Below the pieces are notes generated by a model, which saw only the letters and a program-made list of their open reading frames with translations, did no database searches and was not told the origin of the DNA. A stretch of DNA of 64,000 nt. Source: the human T2T-CHM13v2.0 reference genome, Homo sapiens. Both the position numbers and the translations under genes were made by a program. Below are positions 1 to 12,570 of the stretch, piece by piece. Position 1 is the first letter of the stretch. Each line of letters opens with the position of its first letter. The stretch lies in the NCBI RefSeq assembly GCF_009914755.1, contig NC_060926.1; one strand, given 5' to 3'.

Positions 1-629
1 AGACCTGCAAGAGAAAGTGTATGAGCAGAGGCACGTGGCTGCCTCAGGTGGAAGCACATCTTCATACATCGAGTGCACCAGCAGAAGCCCTGATGTACCC
101 CTCTGCATTTTTCTTGAGGAGACATTATCAAGCTACTCCTCTTGCTGAATTCACAGATTTCTGGCATATGCTATATTGCATGTAATGTCATAAAAGTATA
201 ATCTTTGCATTTAGAAAGGATTTACTCTAATCCATATATAGTAAGAAACAGCCAAGTAGGAGTACAGGTGAATGTAAAACCAATCACTAAAAATGATTTT
301 TTAAACAAGCTTTATAGAGAACTTGGAAACATCAAAGCCAAACACTCTAAAATTTGTCCTCAGACAAGAAAACCAGCAATTACGTTGAAAAAGTAATGAC
401 CGTATACTCACCAAATGGCCAGATGTGTCAATAGCGGTGGCTGTTACCTTTCATAGATGGTGGTGTTCATGTCCTCCCCTCTTGCCCACATCACTGTCAT
501 GGCTAAGTGAGACTGAGCCATGATCTAAGCCCCTCAGTCCACTGGGTGGGGCTAATCAATGGTAAGAATAATGATTAAGAACGGAAGGAAGAGGAAACGC
601 CTTCAGAGTTTCCCCACCATCTGCCGTGG

Positions 630-755
630 ATGGCATCTCAACTTGAGTGAGTGTAAGAAGCACATAGGAAACTTGTTACAAATGTAGATCCCCAGGACCT
701 ACCTCTAGATTTTGATTCAGTAGGTCTGGTTTTGGTGGCTGCGATTTGCACTTCG
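630..755. mobile_element. MER5-family (hAT-Charlie) relic
   Basis: aacttgttacaaatgtagat...tgattcagtaggtctgg...gatttgcac resembles the MER5A internal consensus. Confidence 0.6.
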
Positions 756-885
756 GTGGAGATTTTCCACTGCCTTTCTCCAGCTTCACTTCATACTAGA
801 CCATTTCTTCCTCTACATTGTAGACTCCAGCTCTAACAAGTTCTGAGAATCCAATGAGCTGTGTTTGCCCATACTTGGAATTATT

Positions 886-913
886 TCTTCTTTCTCTCTC
901 CCTCCTCTCTCTC

Positions 914-957
<44 letters not shown>
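886..957. repeat. Compound (CT)n-(CA)19 microsatellite
   Basis: CT-rich run followed by a pure CA repeat at 919-956. Confidence 0.95.
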
Positions 958-961
<4 letters not shown>

Positions 962-1069
962 GTGTGACAGTCACACATTGAAAACTATCACACACTGCCT
1001 TCTCTCCCCAGTCTCCCTTTTTTGGCACCTGTAATACACAATGGTGTTTTCTCACTCACATGCTTTCTC

Positions 1070-1210
1070 CTTCATTGACTGCAAACTTCCAAGTGTTGGC
1101 ACTGTGCTTATTCATCTCTATATCCTCAACTATACTATTCTCAGTTTAGCATCTGATGTTTAATAAGTGCTCAAAAAAATTTTGTCAAACTAAATCAAAT
1201 GTTTGTTGAA
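1070..1210 (+). mobile_element. L2 3' end fragment
   Basis: gactgcaaacttcc...ttcatctctatatcctca...taagtgctcaaaaaa...tgtttgttgaa matches the L2 tail pattern. Confidence 0.55.
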
Positions 1211-2294
1211 GCAAAGAATTATGGATTTCAGCTCATAACTTGTCCTTTAATAATTGAGACTTGACACAATTAAGAGAGTGGTAATTTACAGAGTTAGAAA
1301 AGTGGCTTTTCGTTTTAAAAGTCAGGTAAATATAAAGTTACAAAACAATTGAGAAAGAACAATTGAATATAATCTTGTGCCTCATATGGACTCCTAAGTA
1401 CAAAGCTACTTTTGTAAAATAAGAATGTCTCATCATTAGGATTTAACTTTTTAAATATTGTTCTAAGTTTATTTTCTGGAGTCAAATTGCTCAGGATTAA
1501 AAATAAGCAGATTTTATCTTAATCAAAAAACAAGAGCTTCTCAGAGCAACATGAATGACGTTCAGTTTTTTCTTTTCTCTTAATCTTATATTTGATTTTC
1601 CTTTCTCTCTAGAAAGTTTAATAGTGAAAAGTTACCATAGAAAAGTGACAGGAGTATGTAGTTCTTCTTCCCTCTGCTAGAAAACATTAAGAAAAGATCA
1701 TAAATGGAAACATCATATGCTGATGTGGAAGATGAGACAGCTTTTTATTAATCTTAAGTTGTCATGTCCACAACTGCACAGGGAGGTGGGCTCTCAATGG
1801 AAGCAAAGACATATACGTTTCTGCCTTGCCTACCTTAGTGGGTTGCTGTGATGGGCATTTAAAAAAGAAAAAGGAAGAAACTGATACAAAGTTGTTTTGG
1901 CAACAAAGCTATATTAATGTGGATAGATAGTCCACAGGCCAGATAAACTGAAATACAGTAGCAAAGTATCAAGGAGTAAGCTGTTTCTAACACTATCTAT
2001 ACATTCTGTTCAAGTATTCTGAGGATATTATCTAAGATGTCTCTATATGCATATTTTGGGTGCACCGCAATGTATGCATTTGTGATCTTAGTTCTGTTAG
2101 AGACTCTCTATAGATTTGTATTTGAGAGTAATAAATTTCAGTTTGGTCATTGGGTCTGTTCAGATGGTGGCAATTTTCCTATTTCCCTGAAGACTAGTGT
2201 TATTTATTCAAAGCTGTAATTATTTGGATATCTTCTGAAAACCTGGAGGACTACCCCTTCCTGCAGCTATCTTGGCTGTGGAATGGTGTGTGGG

Positions 2295-2522
2295 GTGTCA
2301 GGAAGCACATGAGCTTTGGAGTGAAGTGGACCTTGGTGTGACTCCTGGTTCTAATACTTAACTACCTGTGGGCTTTAAGGCAAATTGTTTTATTTCTTGG
2401 AGCCTCAGTTTCTGTGTTGGTAATACTTGTGCATGAGATTAAGAACTAAATGTGGTGTTTGTGAAAATGTCTAACTAGTACAGAATCTGATACACAGATT
2501 CTCCATAAATGCTAATTTTATT
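2295..2522 (+). mobile_element. MIR SINE
   Basis: gctttggagtgaagtggacc...ggcaaattg...gagcctcagtttc MIR core, followed by the MIR tail. Confidence 0.7.
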
Positions 2523-4302
2523 TTGTTTTAATTTTACTCCTATGTCCTTTGGTTAACTCAATTACTTTTTCTGTTAGTTTTACAAATCTTCCACCTCTAG
2601 AGTTTACAAATGTTATCCAAATCCCACTCATTTTTTATGCTTGTGTCTTTTTTGTTATTTTCCTCCTTCCTAGAATTTTTTCATATCCATTTCTGTATCT
2701 TGCTTGAATTACTGGTTTATTACCAATGTACTAGGGTAGTTAGTATATAGGTCAAGAGATGTCTCAATCTCTAAGTTGAAGGGCTTCTGAGTTTACATGA
2801 TGTTATTGATTCCTCTGAACCTTATGGTATCTAGAGTTGATACAAGCTGTATTTGCAATTCAGTTTTCTCTTCTTTCTCTCCATCATCTGAGACATGTCC
2901 TCCCTCAAACTTCAGCCTTGAATTCTGAAACATCTCAGGTCTTTGGATACTCAAACTCAAGCTAGTGCTGAAGTAGTATTAATTTTGTTATATTTGAGTA
3001 TCTTTTGCATCCTACTTTTTGGAAATTAACTCAAAACAAAGGTAGAAAATCTATATAAATCAACTGAAAAAGTGCTGGTAGATGAGAGGACCCATGAGAA
3101 TCCACTCAATGTTACTCTCTTCTGTATCCTAATTTCCTAGCAGTTATGATAACTACCTGAAGTTTCCCTAAATGAACTTCTGCTCTTTGATTTCTGGTTG
3201 AGAGTCACTATCCAAGCAATAACTCTTTTCAAGTCTGCTTCCTTTCACCTTGTCTTTTTGTTATTTCTGGGACTGGGACTCTGTATCCTCCAAGGTTTGA
3301 AAAATAGCCAAACATTATTTATTATTTTTGCAGCCTTGTAGGCATTTGGAAAATGTTTGGCTTCAAATTGATTTCAATAAAATAGTTGGCTGGAGTTACA
3401 AATGAGCATTTTGGCTGGAATTGTGTTAAATACCAGTTTGAATTTTGGTAAAGCTGCCCTGAATACATCTATCTTTGTCAATGGATTTGTTTGTTTATTA
3501 AGTGCATACTTTCTGGATTTTTGTGGGAAAAGAAGGTCAGACAGAGGAACATGAGGATTAGAAGTGATTACGAACAGGGAAAGGGATTCATGGAGAGTGG
3601 TGTCTAGAGATAAGGCATTACGAGAAGGGAATTTGAGTCATAGTGTGCATAAGTGGGTGTCGAGTCCAAAGCCAAAGCCGGAACTGCCATTGAGCTGAGC
3701 TTCCCACTGGCATGTTTTCCACATTCTGAATGGTGGAGACATTCTTGAATAGGTAGTCACAATTAACAACAGAACATAAGTATTACTGATACAAAGGATG
3801 GTTCCCATAAAAAGGCTTTATCCTTCTCTAGTTCAAGCTTCTGCAAAGCCTTAAAAAGAAGCCAGCTCCACTTCAAGAGATATGGTGCATTCTACATCCC
3901 TGTGACCCAAGCGGATAAGTAATGTCCTCAGAGAAAGCCATTATTAGTAGGTTGGATAATGATAATAGTATGAGTAATTGGAGAGAAATAAAGTAGTTTC
4001 TGTTAGAATAGTCATTGGGGGCTGCCTATATGTAATTGGGTTGCAATCCTTAAGACTAAACTTATGCCAACTTCTCTTCCATAAAAAAAGAAAATTTTGG
4101 AGGTGCTCTTTCTGCAGACCAGAGACATAATAATAATTAACTTCAGTGACATGAGCCACTGATCTGCTCCATGGAATTGAAGTTGTAATGGCTGAATCAG
4201 CTTGGACCTACCTTCTCTGGTAGAGTACATCCACAGTAAAAGAAGGAGAAAAGTTTTTCCTGGAAATATTTAGGAGACAGTGTTTAGAATCCAGATCTCT
4301 GA

Positions 4303-4669
<367 letters not shown>

Positions 4670-4994
4670 TAAGAGGATACTTGGTTTGGGAAGATGGAAG
4701 TGATGCTAAAGGCAACAAACATGAAAGCATGGAAGATGATTAGATACTTGCAGCCTGTAAGCCTGTAAGTCTCCACGACAGAATGTTGGGCAAGAGTGCA
4801 AAAGGGTAGACTTACCCATTGTCAGCTTCTTGGAGGCAGGGGCCAAGTTTGAGATTTCTTCTGCAATTCTCGCAGTGCCTGACTGGAACTCAATGGCTTC
4901 TTTGAGGAGTTGAGTGCCATGCCACAATCTGGCAGGATTCACATCCTATAAGAAGGTGTTTATTCTAGAAGCAAATGCATCCCCATTGTCAATT

Positions 4995-5280
4995 TAACTG
5001 TCTAGTGACCCAGGAAAAAGGCATAACCCCTACAAAATCTCAGTTTTCTCACTAAAAAATAGGATCCCAGTATCTATCTCACAGGCTTGCTGGGAGTTTA
5101 AATAAAAATATTTACATAAAATGCCTAACAATGTCTGACATGGAACCATACAGTACTAATAACAGTGTCAAAAGCTGCTATTTAATTAGGGATGACCATG
5201 TTCTTAGCCTTCTACTAAGCATTTTATGTAGATTATCTCATTTAATCTTGACAATAACCCTTTCAGGAAGGCTGTTACAG
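4995..5280. mobile_element. Two MIR fragments, tail to tail
   Basis: tctcagttttctcactaaaaaatagg (plus-strand core), then atctcatttaatcttgacaataaccct (minus-strand core). Confidence 0.55.
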
Positions 5281-5836
5281 AAATCAAACTGAAAATGGGA
5301 GAATAACCAATAGCAATACCTTTCCATGGAGTTACAAAGCAACATGGAACTCATTTTTCAGAAATATGAGTTCCAGCAATATAGTGAGAAAAGGAGACTG
5401 AAAGAGACAGATACCAGGAGGCAGCATCATTCTCTGATTTTAAGAGCTCCTTTTGAAGAGGACCCTAAGAAAGCCACCTAGGAAGCACCTGTAAAAGGAC
5501 ACCTGGATCTTTATAGGGCAACAGCAAGGGTGGCTAGACATAGTACTGTGAGGAAAAAGATGAATGAAACATTTTCTCAACTGCTTTGGAGATAGTAAGG
5601 GAAATTCAGGACCAATTAGAGAAGACAGGGGCTCAGTTTAGGGAAGAAAGCCCATAGGGGAAAAAGGCCAAGGGGATAATACCTGATGCCTAAGGCCTGA
5701 GGTCCTAAAAACAATCTTTTAGGATGGAGATTGAAGAATGCACGTCCCTCAGGCAGGGACAATACATACTCAACTATTCTGATTGGCTTGCATATGTTTG
5801 GGGAGCGAATGCCAGGAGTCTTCATAAATACTTACT

Positions 5837-5969
5837 TTTAAGTTACTATATTGAGGTAAATACACTTAGAGAAAAATGCTCAAATCATAAGTGTGCAATT
5901 TGATGAATTATCACAAGGTAAACACACCCACGTAACTACCACCCAGGTCAAGAAAGGGAACATTACCAT
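5837..5969 (-). mobile_element. Short 5'-truncated old L1M 3' end
   Basis: attgaggtaaa...aagtgtgcaatttgatgaat...cacccaggtcaagaaa...gaacattacc. Degenerate 17-bp TSD at 5820-5836 and 5970-5986. Confidence 0.75.
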
Positions 5970-6640
5970 CTTTATAAATATTTACTCCTTAGAGTTTTCA
6001 CATGCTTAGTTTCTTACATAAATTTGTGTCTTTCTAACATAGACATTTAAAGTAAAATGTGGCCAGTTAGGATGTTTTATGCATAAAGTGAGAAAAGTGG
6101 CTTGTTTGAAAAATGAGTTGGAGAAAACACTTGAAATCCATCCAATTCTATAAAAGCAATCTATTGAAATCTGCATAAATTATAACTAAAACCTGAAATA
6201 AGGGACAATTTTATACACCTTCCAAATCCAACAGGGTACTGAAAAATTGAGGTTCAAGGAGGAATCCCTGTTTTATCATTTTTTGTTTTAAAAGCACTAT
6301 GCTGCTTAAAGCCTTCAAGAAATTACAGCTTTTGGCACTGTCCCAAGCACATTGTGTGCTTAGTAAATATTTCTTTATAATGACAATGGTGATGTTACCT
6401 TTTTTATATAGTACATGGTGATCTTTGGCCCCCTAAAGCAAAAATCTGTGCAAAGATATATGACTTTTAGTTCTCTGCAGTTGTTGCTTGGAGCCTCAGG
6501 AGAGACAATATTCTTTGTGTATTAGTGGTGTGTTTTATACACGGATTGAAATTATTTGCCCTTTACCTCTATCCTTCTCCACAACCAAACACAGGCTCTG
6601 GGTTTTGCAGATATCAATAAGGAAAGAAAATAAGCAGCAA

Positions 6641-6925
6641 AGCTGGGTGTAAGTCGCTCACATCTGTAATCCTTGCACTTTGGGAGGCTAAGATGGGAGG
6701 ATAACTTGAGGCCTAGAGTTGTAGACAAGCTTGGGCAACATAGCAAGACCTCATCTCTACAAAAAATTTAACAAGTTAGCTGGGTGTGGTGGCACACGCT
6801 TGTAGTCCCAGCTACTTAGGAGGCAGGAGGATTGCTTGAGCTCAGGATTTTGAGGCTGCAGTGAGCTACGATCAATCACTGCACTCTAGCTTGGTCAACA
6901 GCAAGACCCTGTCTCAAAAGAGGAA
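6641..6925 (+). mobile_element. AluJ
   Basis: Diverged dimeric Alu with J-type gaggctgcagtgagct and gggcaacatagcaagacc. Confidence 0.93.
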
Positions 6926-7689
6926 AGAAGATGAACAGAAGTATCACAGAGGAAAACAAATTGTGAGTTAAAACCACGCCCTTTGCTTCAAGGAGTCAAT
7001 ATTACAACTTAGTATAGCAATTAACCACACCTTATATTAGATCAGATTCCATTATGTGCATACTTGTACTTTAGTGGATAGTCATTTGTGAACTGAAGAA
7101 GGTTCTCCATGGCAGCCACCATGGTGGGTGATGATAAGAAGAAAATAAAAAGACATTTGCTAAATAGGACAGTTATCTGACTTTTATAGACTATAATATC
7201 CTTAATGGATTCTTTAGTTGAAACTTTACAGGATACAGAGTTGACATGATATGTACATTTGATGATGAATAATGAATATGGTAACATTTACCTGTTTGTG
7301 AATGCAAACTCAAGCTCGGTCTTAGGAACTCCCCAAATGATCCCTGTTATGCTAATAATATATTAATTACTTGTTCTGCCTTGATTTTTAGGTTGGCAGT
7401 AACAATTAGGAAGAGATGAAGCATCTATTTCATAGGACTATGTGCATTTTATGTTGTTTTTGTGTTCTCAGCAACAGCATTTAGCATTTACCCACTGAGG
7501 TTAAAGTATAAATAGATGTCAAATTTATATAAATCTTTCTTCCTTGGCGTCTACTTTAGCCAATGGGTTATAATTTAGTAGCTTTGATTTTGAGTCAACC
7601 ATTTGGCTTACATGAAAAATTGAGTAACTCTTTCAGGAACTTTTATTAGAATGTAGACTGTTCAAGTTAATTATTTAGGGATAAGTGTC

Positions 7690-7985
7690 ATGTGGTAGAA
7701 AGTAAACTGGACTGTAGTTTCAGGTTTACCACTAACCAGCTATATGTCCTGGAGCCACTTAATTTTTGGGCCTCAAAATCAGCTAGTGGTTAAAATTGTG
7801 GGCTTTGGAGTCAAGCAGACCTGGTTCAAGGCCCTTATTAAGCCTCTAGGAGTTTCAGCTTTTTTTCATCTGCAAATTGAGACCAGTAATAGTCTCACTT
7901 CATATAACATTGTTATGGGGACTAAATGGGACTGTGTATGTCAAATGCCCAGTATACAGTCAGTGCTCAATATATAAGAGTGCTG
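7690..7985 (+). mobile_element. MIR fragments
   Basis: ggctttggagtcaagcagacctggttca...tcatctgcaaattgag...agtgctcaata. Confidence 0.65.
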
Positions 7986-8703
7986 GAATAAGTGGCCACT
8001 ATTTTCCTTTCCAAATCCAAAGATTTGATTTCTGTGAATGGTGGAGCTTCTGAAATGTCTGTCAAGATTGTATCCAGAAAGGAATTTCAGGTCCTTGAGA
8101 GATGGCACATTGTAGCCAAGCTTTACTTCTGCATAGGCCATTGGGCATTGGTGTATTTTTGTTACACATTTATTGAAAACCCTGACATCCTTTGAAAGAA
8201 AAGAGAGGGAACCCTGTTACCCCATCAGAGGAAGAAAGACCATGTGGAGTCATCTAGCACAGTCCTTCAAGAGAAGCTGTTTGCTTGCCTTAATTAAGGG
8301 TTGTGTCTTTAGTATCACTAAGGCTAGGGCAAAGAGGCATGGCTGCGCCCAGGAAGGAAAATGATCAAAGATACATGGCCAGTGTCCTTAGGAGGGGCCG
8401 ATTAGGAGGCAAAATAGTCCTCCCACCAGCATCCTCTCTCTTGCAGTTTCCACAGCAATGGGAGAAGACTGTGGTGGTGAGAAACAGCAGCAGGAGTCTA
8501 GGCTATCCTCAAAGCTTGCCCATTCACTCTAAGCATAATGACTACGTCCTACATCTTTCCAGTTCTTTATTATTAACAAATATTTTACCAGCCATGAGAA
8601 GTAAGCAGGAAAGTGAATAATTTGCCTGTTGTAAAGATCAGGAAAATCAGAGAGGCTTAATTTAAGTAGGGGAATCAGATACTGAAAACCTACATTTCCT
8701 CAG

Positions 8704-8883
8704 TAGACACTGGGGACCCCAAAAGGAGTGGGGAGGCAAGAGTTGAAAAACTACCTATTGGGTACTATGTTCACTATTTGGGTGATAGGGTCAACAGAAG
8801 CCCCAAACCTCAGCATTACACAATATATCCATGTAACAAACCTGGACATGTACCGCTGAATCTAAAATAATTTTTTAAAAAAG
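8704..8883 (+). mobile_element. L1PB-like 3' UTR end
   Basis: ctacctattgggtactatgttcactatttgggtgat...ccatgtaacaaacctggacatgtacc...aatctaaaataa plus an A-rich tail. Confidence 0.85.
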
Positions 8884-8889
8884 TAATAA

Positions 8890-9658
8890 CAATCAAAAAG
8901 TAAACATGCATTTATCATATGACCCAACAATCACATCTCTTGACATTTATCCCAGAAAAATGAAAATTTATGCTCACACAATAATCTTAGACTATATTGT
9001 TTGTAGTAGTTTTGTTTGTAATACCAAGACACAGACACAAACTAAGTGTCCTTCAATGGGTGAATCATTAAACAAACTATGCTGCATCCATATCATGAAA
9101 TACTACTCAACAGTAAAAAGGAACAAACTATTGATACATGCAACAGCTTGGATGGATGTCAAAAGAATTAAGCTGAGTAAAAAAATTCAATCTCAAAAGG
9201 TTACCTACTATATGATTAAATTTATAAACATTCTAAAAATGACAAAATTATAGAGATAGTAAACAGATTAGTGGTTGCCAGGAGTTAGGGATGGGGCATC
9301 AAGAGGGTAAAGAGATAGGTGTAACTAGAGAGGGGTAACACTGGGATATTTGTGGTGATGAAATAATTGTGTATCTTGACTATGGCAGTTGTTACACAAA
9401 TCTACATGTGGCAAGTTGCACAGAACTATACACATGTACACACATGAGTGCTTGTACACTGGTGAAATCTGAATAAGATCTATGGGTTGTATAAATGTCA
9501 ATTTCCTGGTTTAGATATTTTACTATAGTTATGTAAGATGTTCCGTTGGGGGAAATTGAGTGAAGGTACATAGAACCCCTGTATTATTATTTTTTAACTG
9601 CTTGTAAGTCTATACATTTTTCAAAATAAAAATTTGAAAAAACAAAAACAAACAACAT
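8890..9658 (+). mobile_element. Old L1M (MC/ME-like) ORF2 end and 3' UTR
   Basis: ORF 8906-9253 (YDPTITSLDIYP...KCPSMGE..NKL) resembles the L1 ORF2p C-terminus. Ends in aataaa and an A-rich tail. Confidence 0.85.
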
Positions 9659-11259
9659 AAAACCTAAGTTTCCTGACTTGTAGTTCCATGCTTGTTCCTC
9701 TGTGCTATTTTGTCTGAGATGTAGAATTATGCACATTTAGGTAATTTATTTCCTTCCAATTTATGTCTTTTTGAACTTCAATTTCTTTGTTAGGAGAAAA
9801 AAAGGACTATAAAATAGGAGTGCCAATAATACCTTCTTCACTGGGTTTGTGAGAAAACTAAGTTAAATAATATGTGTAGAGTGCTTCATGCAATAGTGAC
9901 TATTGGTCGTTGTTATCAAATACTTAAAACACTCCTACTGCCTGGGAGGATGCTAAATTCCTAGCAATGTTTTTATTGTTTCCTTTAATGAAACCTCATG
10001 TTTTGAAATATTTTGTGTAACAAATTGCATATATGGTTAATAATTTTTTTCTTTTGTTACTATCAAAGGCATTTTAGACTGTTAGTTGGAGCTTCTGATT
10101 AGCAATTGCATCAATATTGAGTTGAATTAAATCCAATGAAAGCAAAGAAACCTGATATTTGGAGAGCCTTCTTATCCTCATCTAAGGAAATGTATTTCTT
10201 TCAGGTCACCTGAAGTGGTGAAGTGTCTAAAACATCTTGTTGATCTCCAGCACTGAGTTTACAGACTCTAGACATAGTTGGGCTCCACTTTTCAATGAAC
10301 AAGCCAAACCTTATTATTATAATCTGAGTGAGTTGACATTTTGTGTGTGATCTAATTCAATTTTTGAATGTTACAATTTTTTCCATCACATCATGGGAAA
10401 TTGGTGTGGTCCAGAAATAATCCAAATGAATTCACTAAGAATGAAACTGAAGATGAATTTTTAACATGCTACCAGAAGTTATTGATTAACAGGCATACCA
10501 ATGTTTCAGATACTAACAGATACATAACATTATTATAAATATATAAAAATCAAATTATGGCTTTTATTCATTGTCATTGAAGACCAATTTCAATAATAAT
10601 TTTTAATACTTTTTATTTTTTGTTTTACCTTTTAGTCATGACATTTTTATTATATTAGAGGAGAAGGGAAAATAATTTTTTTAGTATATAGAAATTGGAT
10701 TGCTTACAGACAAATTAAACTTAGGAGGGAAAATTATAAAGGATGTTGAAAACTATAAATTTAAACAAACATCTCTTATTTTGACAGGATATGTTTCAGA
10801 GAGAACAAATCTTGAGTCTTTCAAATATTACTGGGCCAGACTAAAATAATTTCATTGTGAGAGCATTTTCCTTCTCTGTGTGCAGTCTAAGTGCATATTT
10901 TGTGCTCTTAGGAATAACTTTCCAAAGCTGTGCGAAGAATGTAGCAATAAAATCTAATAAGAATTATGGCTCATGACTTGAATGATGTCAGTACCCTTTT
11001 AATCCTCCCAAACATGAAAACGTTTTCTCCTCTTAAATAAGATTTCTTAACTCCTTATTTCTAAGGAAATAAGTACATCTGAGCAATTCTATTGGCAAAG
11101 TAAGAGTTAAATGAAAATGTTTCTTTCCATTATTATTAATGCTTATACTTATTAAGACCACTACTTTAGAAATGTATTCTAGACAATATTTTTATGAATA
11201 CATATTATTTTGTCTGATTATTTTAGTGTTCCAGTTATAATCTTTTGCTCTCTCTAAGC

Positions 11260-11445
11260 CAGTGGTTCTCAAACTTGAGCATGAATCGGAATTACCTGGA
11301 AAGCTTGTTGAAACACAGATTGCAGGGCCCATTCTGAGTTTCTGATTCAGGAGGCCTCTAGTGGGGTGCAAGAATTTGCATTTCTAACAGGTTCCTAGGT
11401 GACGCTGCTGATGCTAGTCTGGGAATCAAACTTTGACAACAACTG
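11260..11445. mobile_element. MER5A (hAT-Charlie MITE), complete
   Basis: Terminal inverted repeats cagtggttctcaaac and ctttgacaacaactg. 8-bp TSD ctctaagc (11252-11259) and ctttaagc (11446-11453). Confidence 0.9.
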
Positions 11446-11666
11446 CTTTAAGCCATGTTACAAACAACCTTCTTATTTTAAAATTTAATTTAGTGGGATT
11501 CAACCATCACGAGGCATGTAGTCACCTTGGTTTAGAAGAAGTTAAAGTTCAGTAAGTGGGCTATAGCTTGGCTTTTTGGCCATGCTAGATTTATTCCAGG
11601 CCAAAGAACTGCTTATAACAAAAGCATAGTTGATGAAATGGTTCGATGCTTGAAGATGTCAGACTG

Positions 11667-11690
11667 TAGAATCTCTACGGGTAAGTGTGT
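11667..11690 (-). ncRNA. MIR216B: miR-216b-3p (ACACACUUACCCGUAGAGAUUCUA)
   Basis: 3' arm of the hairpin. Its end gives a 2-nt 3' overhang relative to the 5p start. Confidence 0.85.
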
Positions 11691-11706
11691 GATTTCCTCA
11701 GTGACA

Positions 11707-11728
11707 TCACATTTGCCTGCAGAGATTT
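11707..11728 (-). ncRNA. MIR216B: mature miR-216b-5p (AAAUCUCUGCAGGCAAAUGUGA)
   Basis: Plus strand tcacatttgcctgcagagattt is the exact reverse complement of the known mature sequence. Confidence 0.96.
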
Positions 11729-11975
11729 TCCAGTCTGCCACTTTGAAGTTGTACTTAAGATAGAAAAAAGTTGTCGTCATTCTACAGTGATCTTTCTGGT
11801 CTTGCTAAATTTTAAAACTATATTTATTCAAGATTAAAATTGATGGGAAGTAGGAGTTATAGCTGGGATTCAGATAGGTGCATAAATGAGAATGGATACT
11901 CTCTAATTTTGCCACACATCTCCATAGAGAATGAAGGAAAAGATGAAAAGTGAAGTTTCCCAAGCCACAACCAGT

Positions 11976-12076
11976 GGATGAGACTAGTATACCTTGGTCA
12001 TGGAAGAAAGACGAGGCTTCTTATGCCATCATTCATTTTTTTTTCTCAAATTATGCTGTTTGTTTCATATGTGCTT
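11976..12076 (+). repeat. Copy A of a 100-bp dispersed direct repeat
   Basis: Aligns by eye to 13305-13404 along its whole length. Confidence 0.9.
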
Positions 12077-12461
12077 ATTTTACCAGTGTGTTATTCACAC
12101 CAAAAGCCTTATGGTCAATCCAGGTAAATATCCTTGCATTTCAAGCAATTTTATCTAATGTTAGACTTTGCAGTTGAGTTTCTTAGTCTTTTGTAATTTA
12201 GTTATGCCTAAGTAATAACAAGATTAGATGAGTAGAATGAGGAGATGTGCTTTTTACTTTTATTCTCTCCATCTTTCTTCTGCCTAATAATGGTCTTATG
12301 ATAATACCATCACCTGCTGCTAATCTTTAAAGTGCTGGAATAATGCATGATATGCAATATTTACTTTAGAGCTCAAAAATCTAACTTGTGAATATTGTGA
12401 TATTATTAACACTACAATGTCGGGTTTTGGGTCAATGTCAACTATAAATTTATTCCAACAT

Positions 12462-12570
12462 TTTCCTAGAACAGGGACTTCATATATTTTGTTCTCTTCT
12501 ATATCCCAGCACATGGAATAATTCCTGGCCTATAGGAGGTGCTCAGTAAACATTTATTAATGATTGGCTA
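12462..12570 (+). mobile_element. L2 3' end
   Basis: cagggact...tatatcccagcac...cctggcctataggaggtgctcagtaaacattta. Confidence 0.7.

Larger units (their letters stand above)
11657..11738 (-). ncRNA. MIR216B: pre-miR-216b hairpin
   Basis: The reverse complement reads GCAGACUGGAAAAUCUCUGCAGGCAAAUGUGAUGUCACUGAGGAAAUCACACACUUACCCGUAGAGAUUCUACAGUCUGACA, which I recognise as the miR-216b precursor. The arms are complementary (CAGACUG/CAGUCUG; AAUCUCUGC/GUAGAGAUU). Confidence 0.97.

Noticed and set aside
11640-11755. Canonical basal UG and CNNC Microprocessor motifs around miR-216b
   Set aside because: UG falls at about -12/-11 and CAUC at about +19, both off the canonical positions, so I do not call them.
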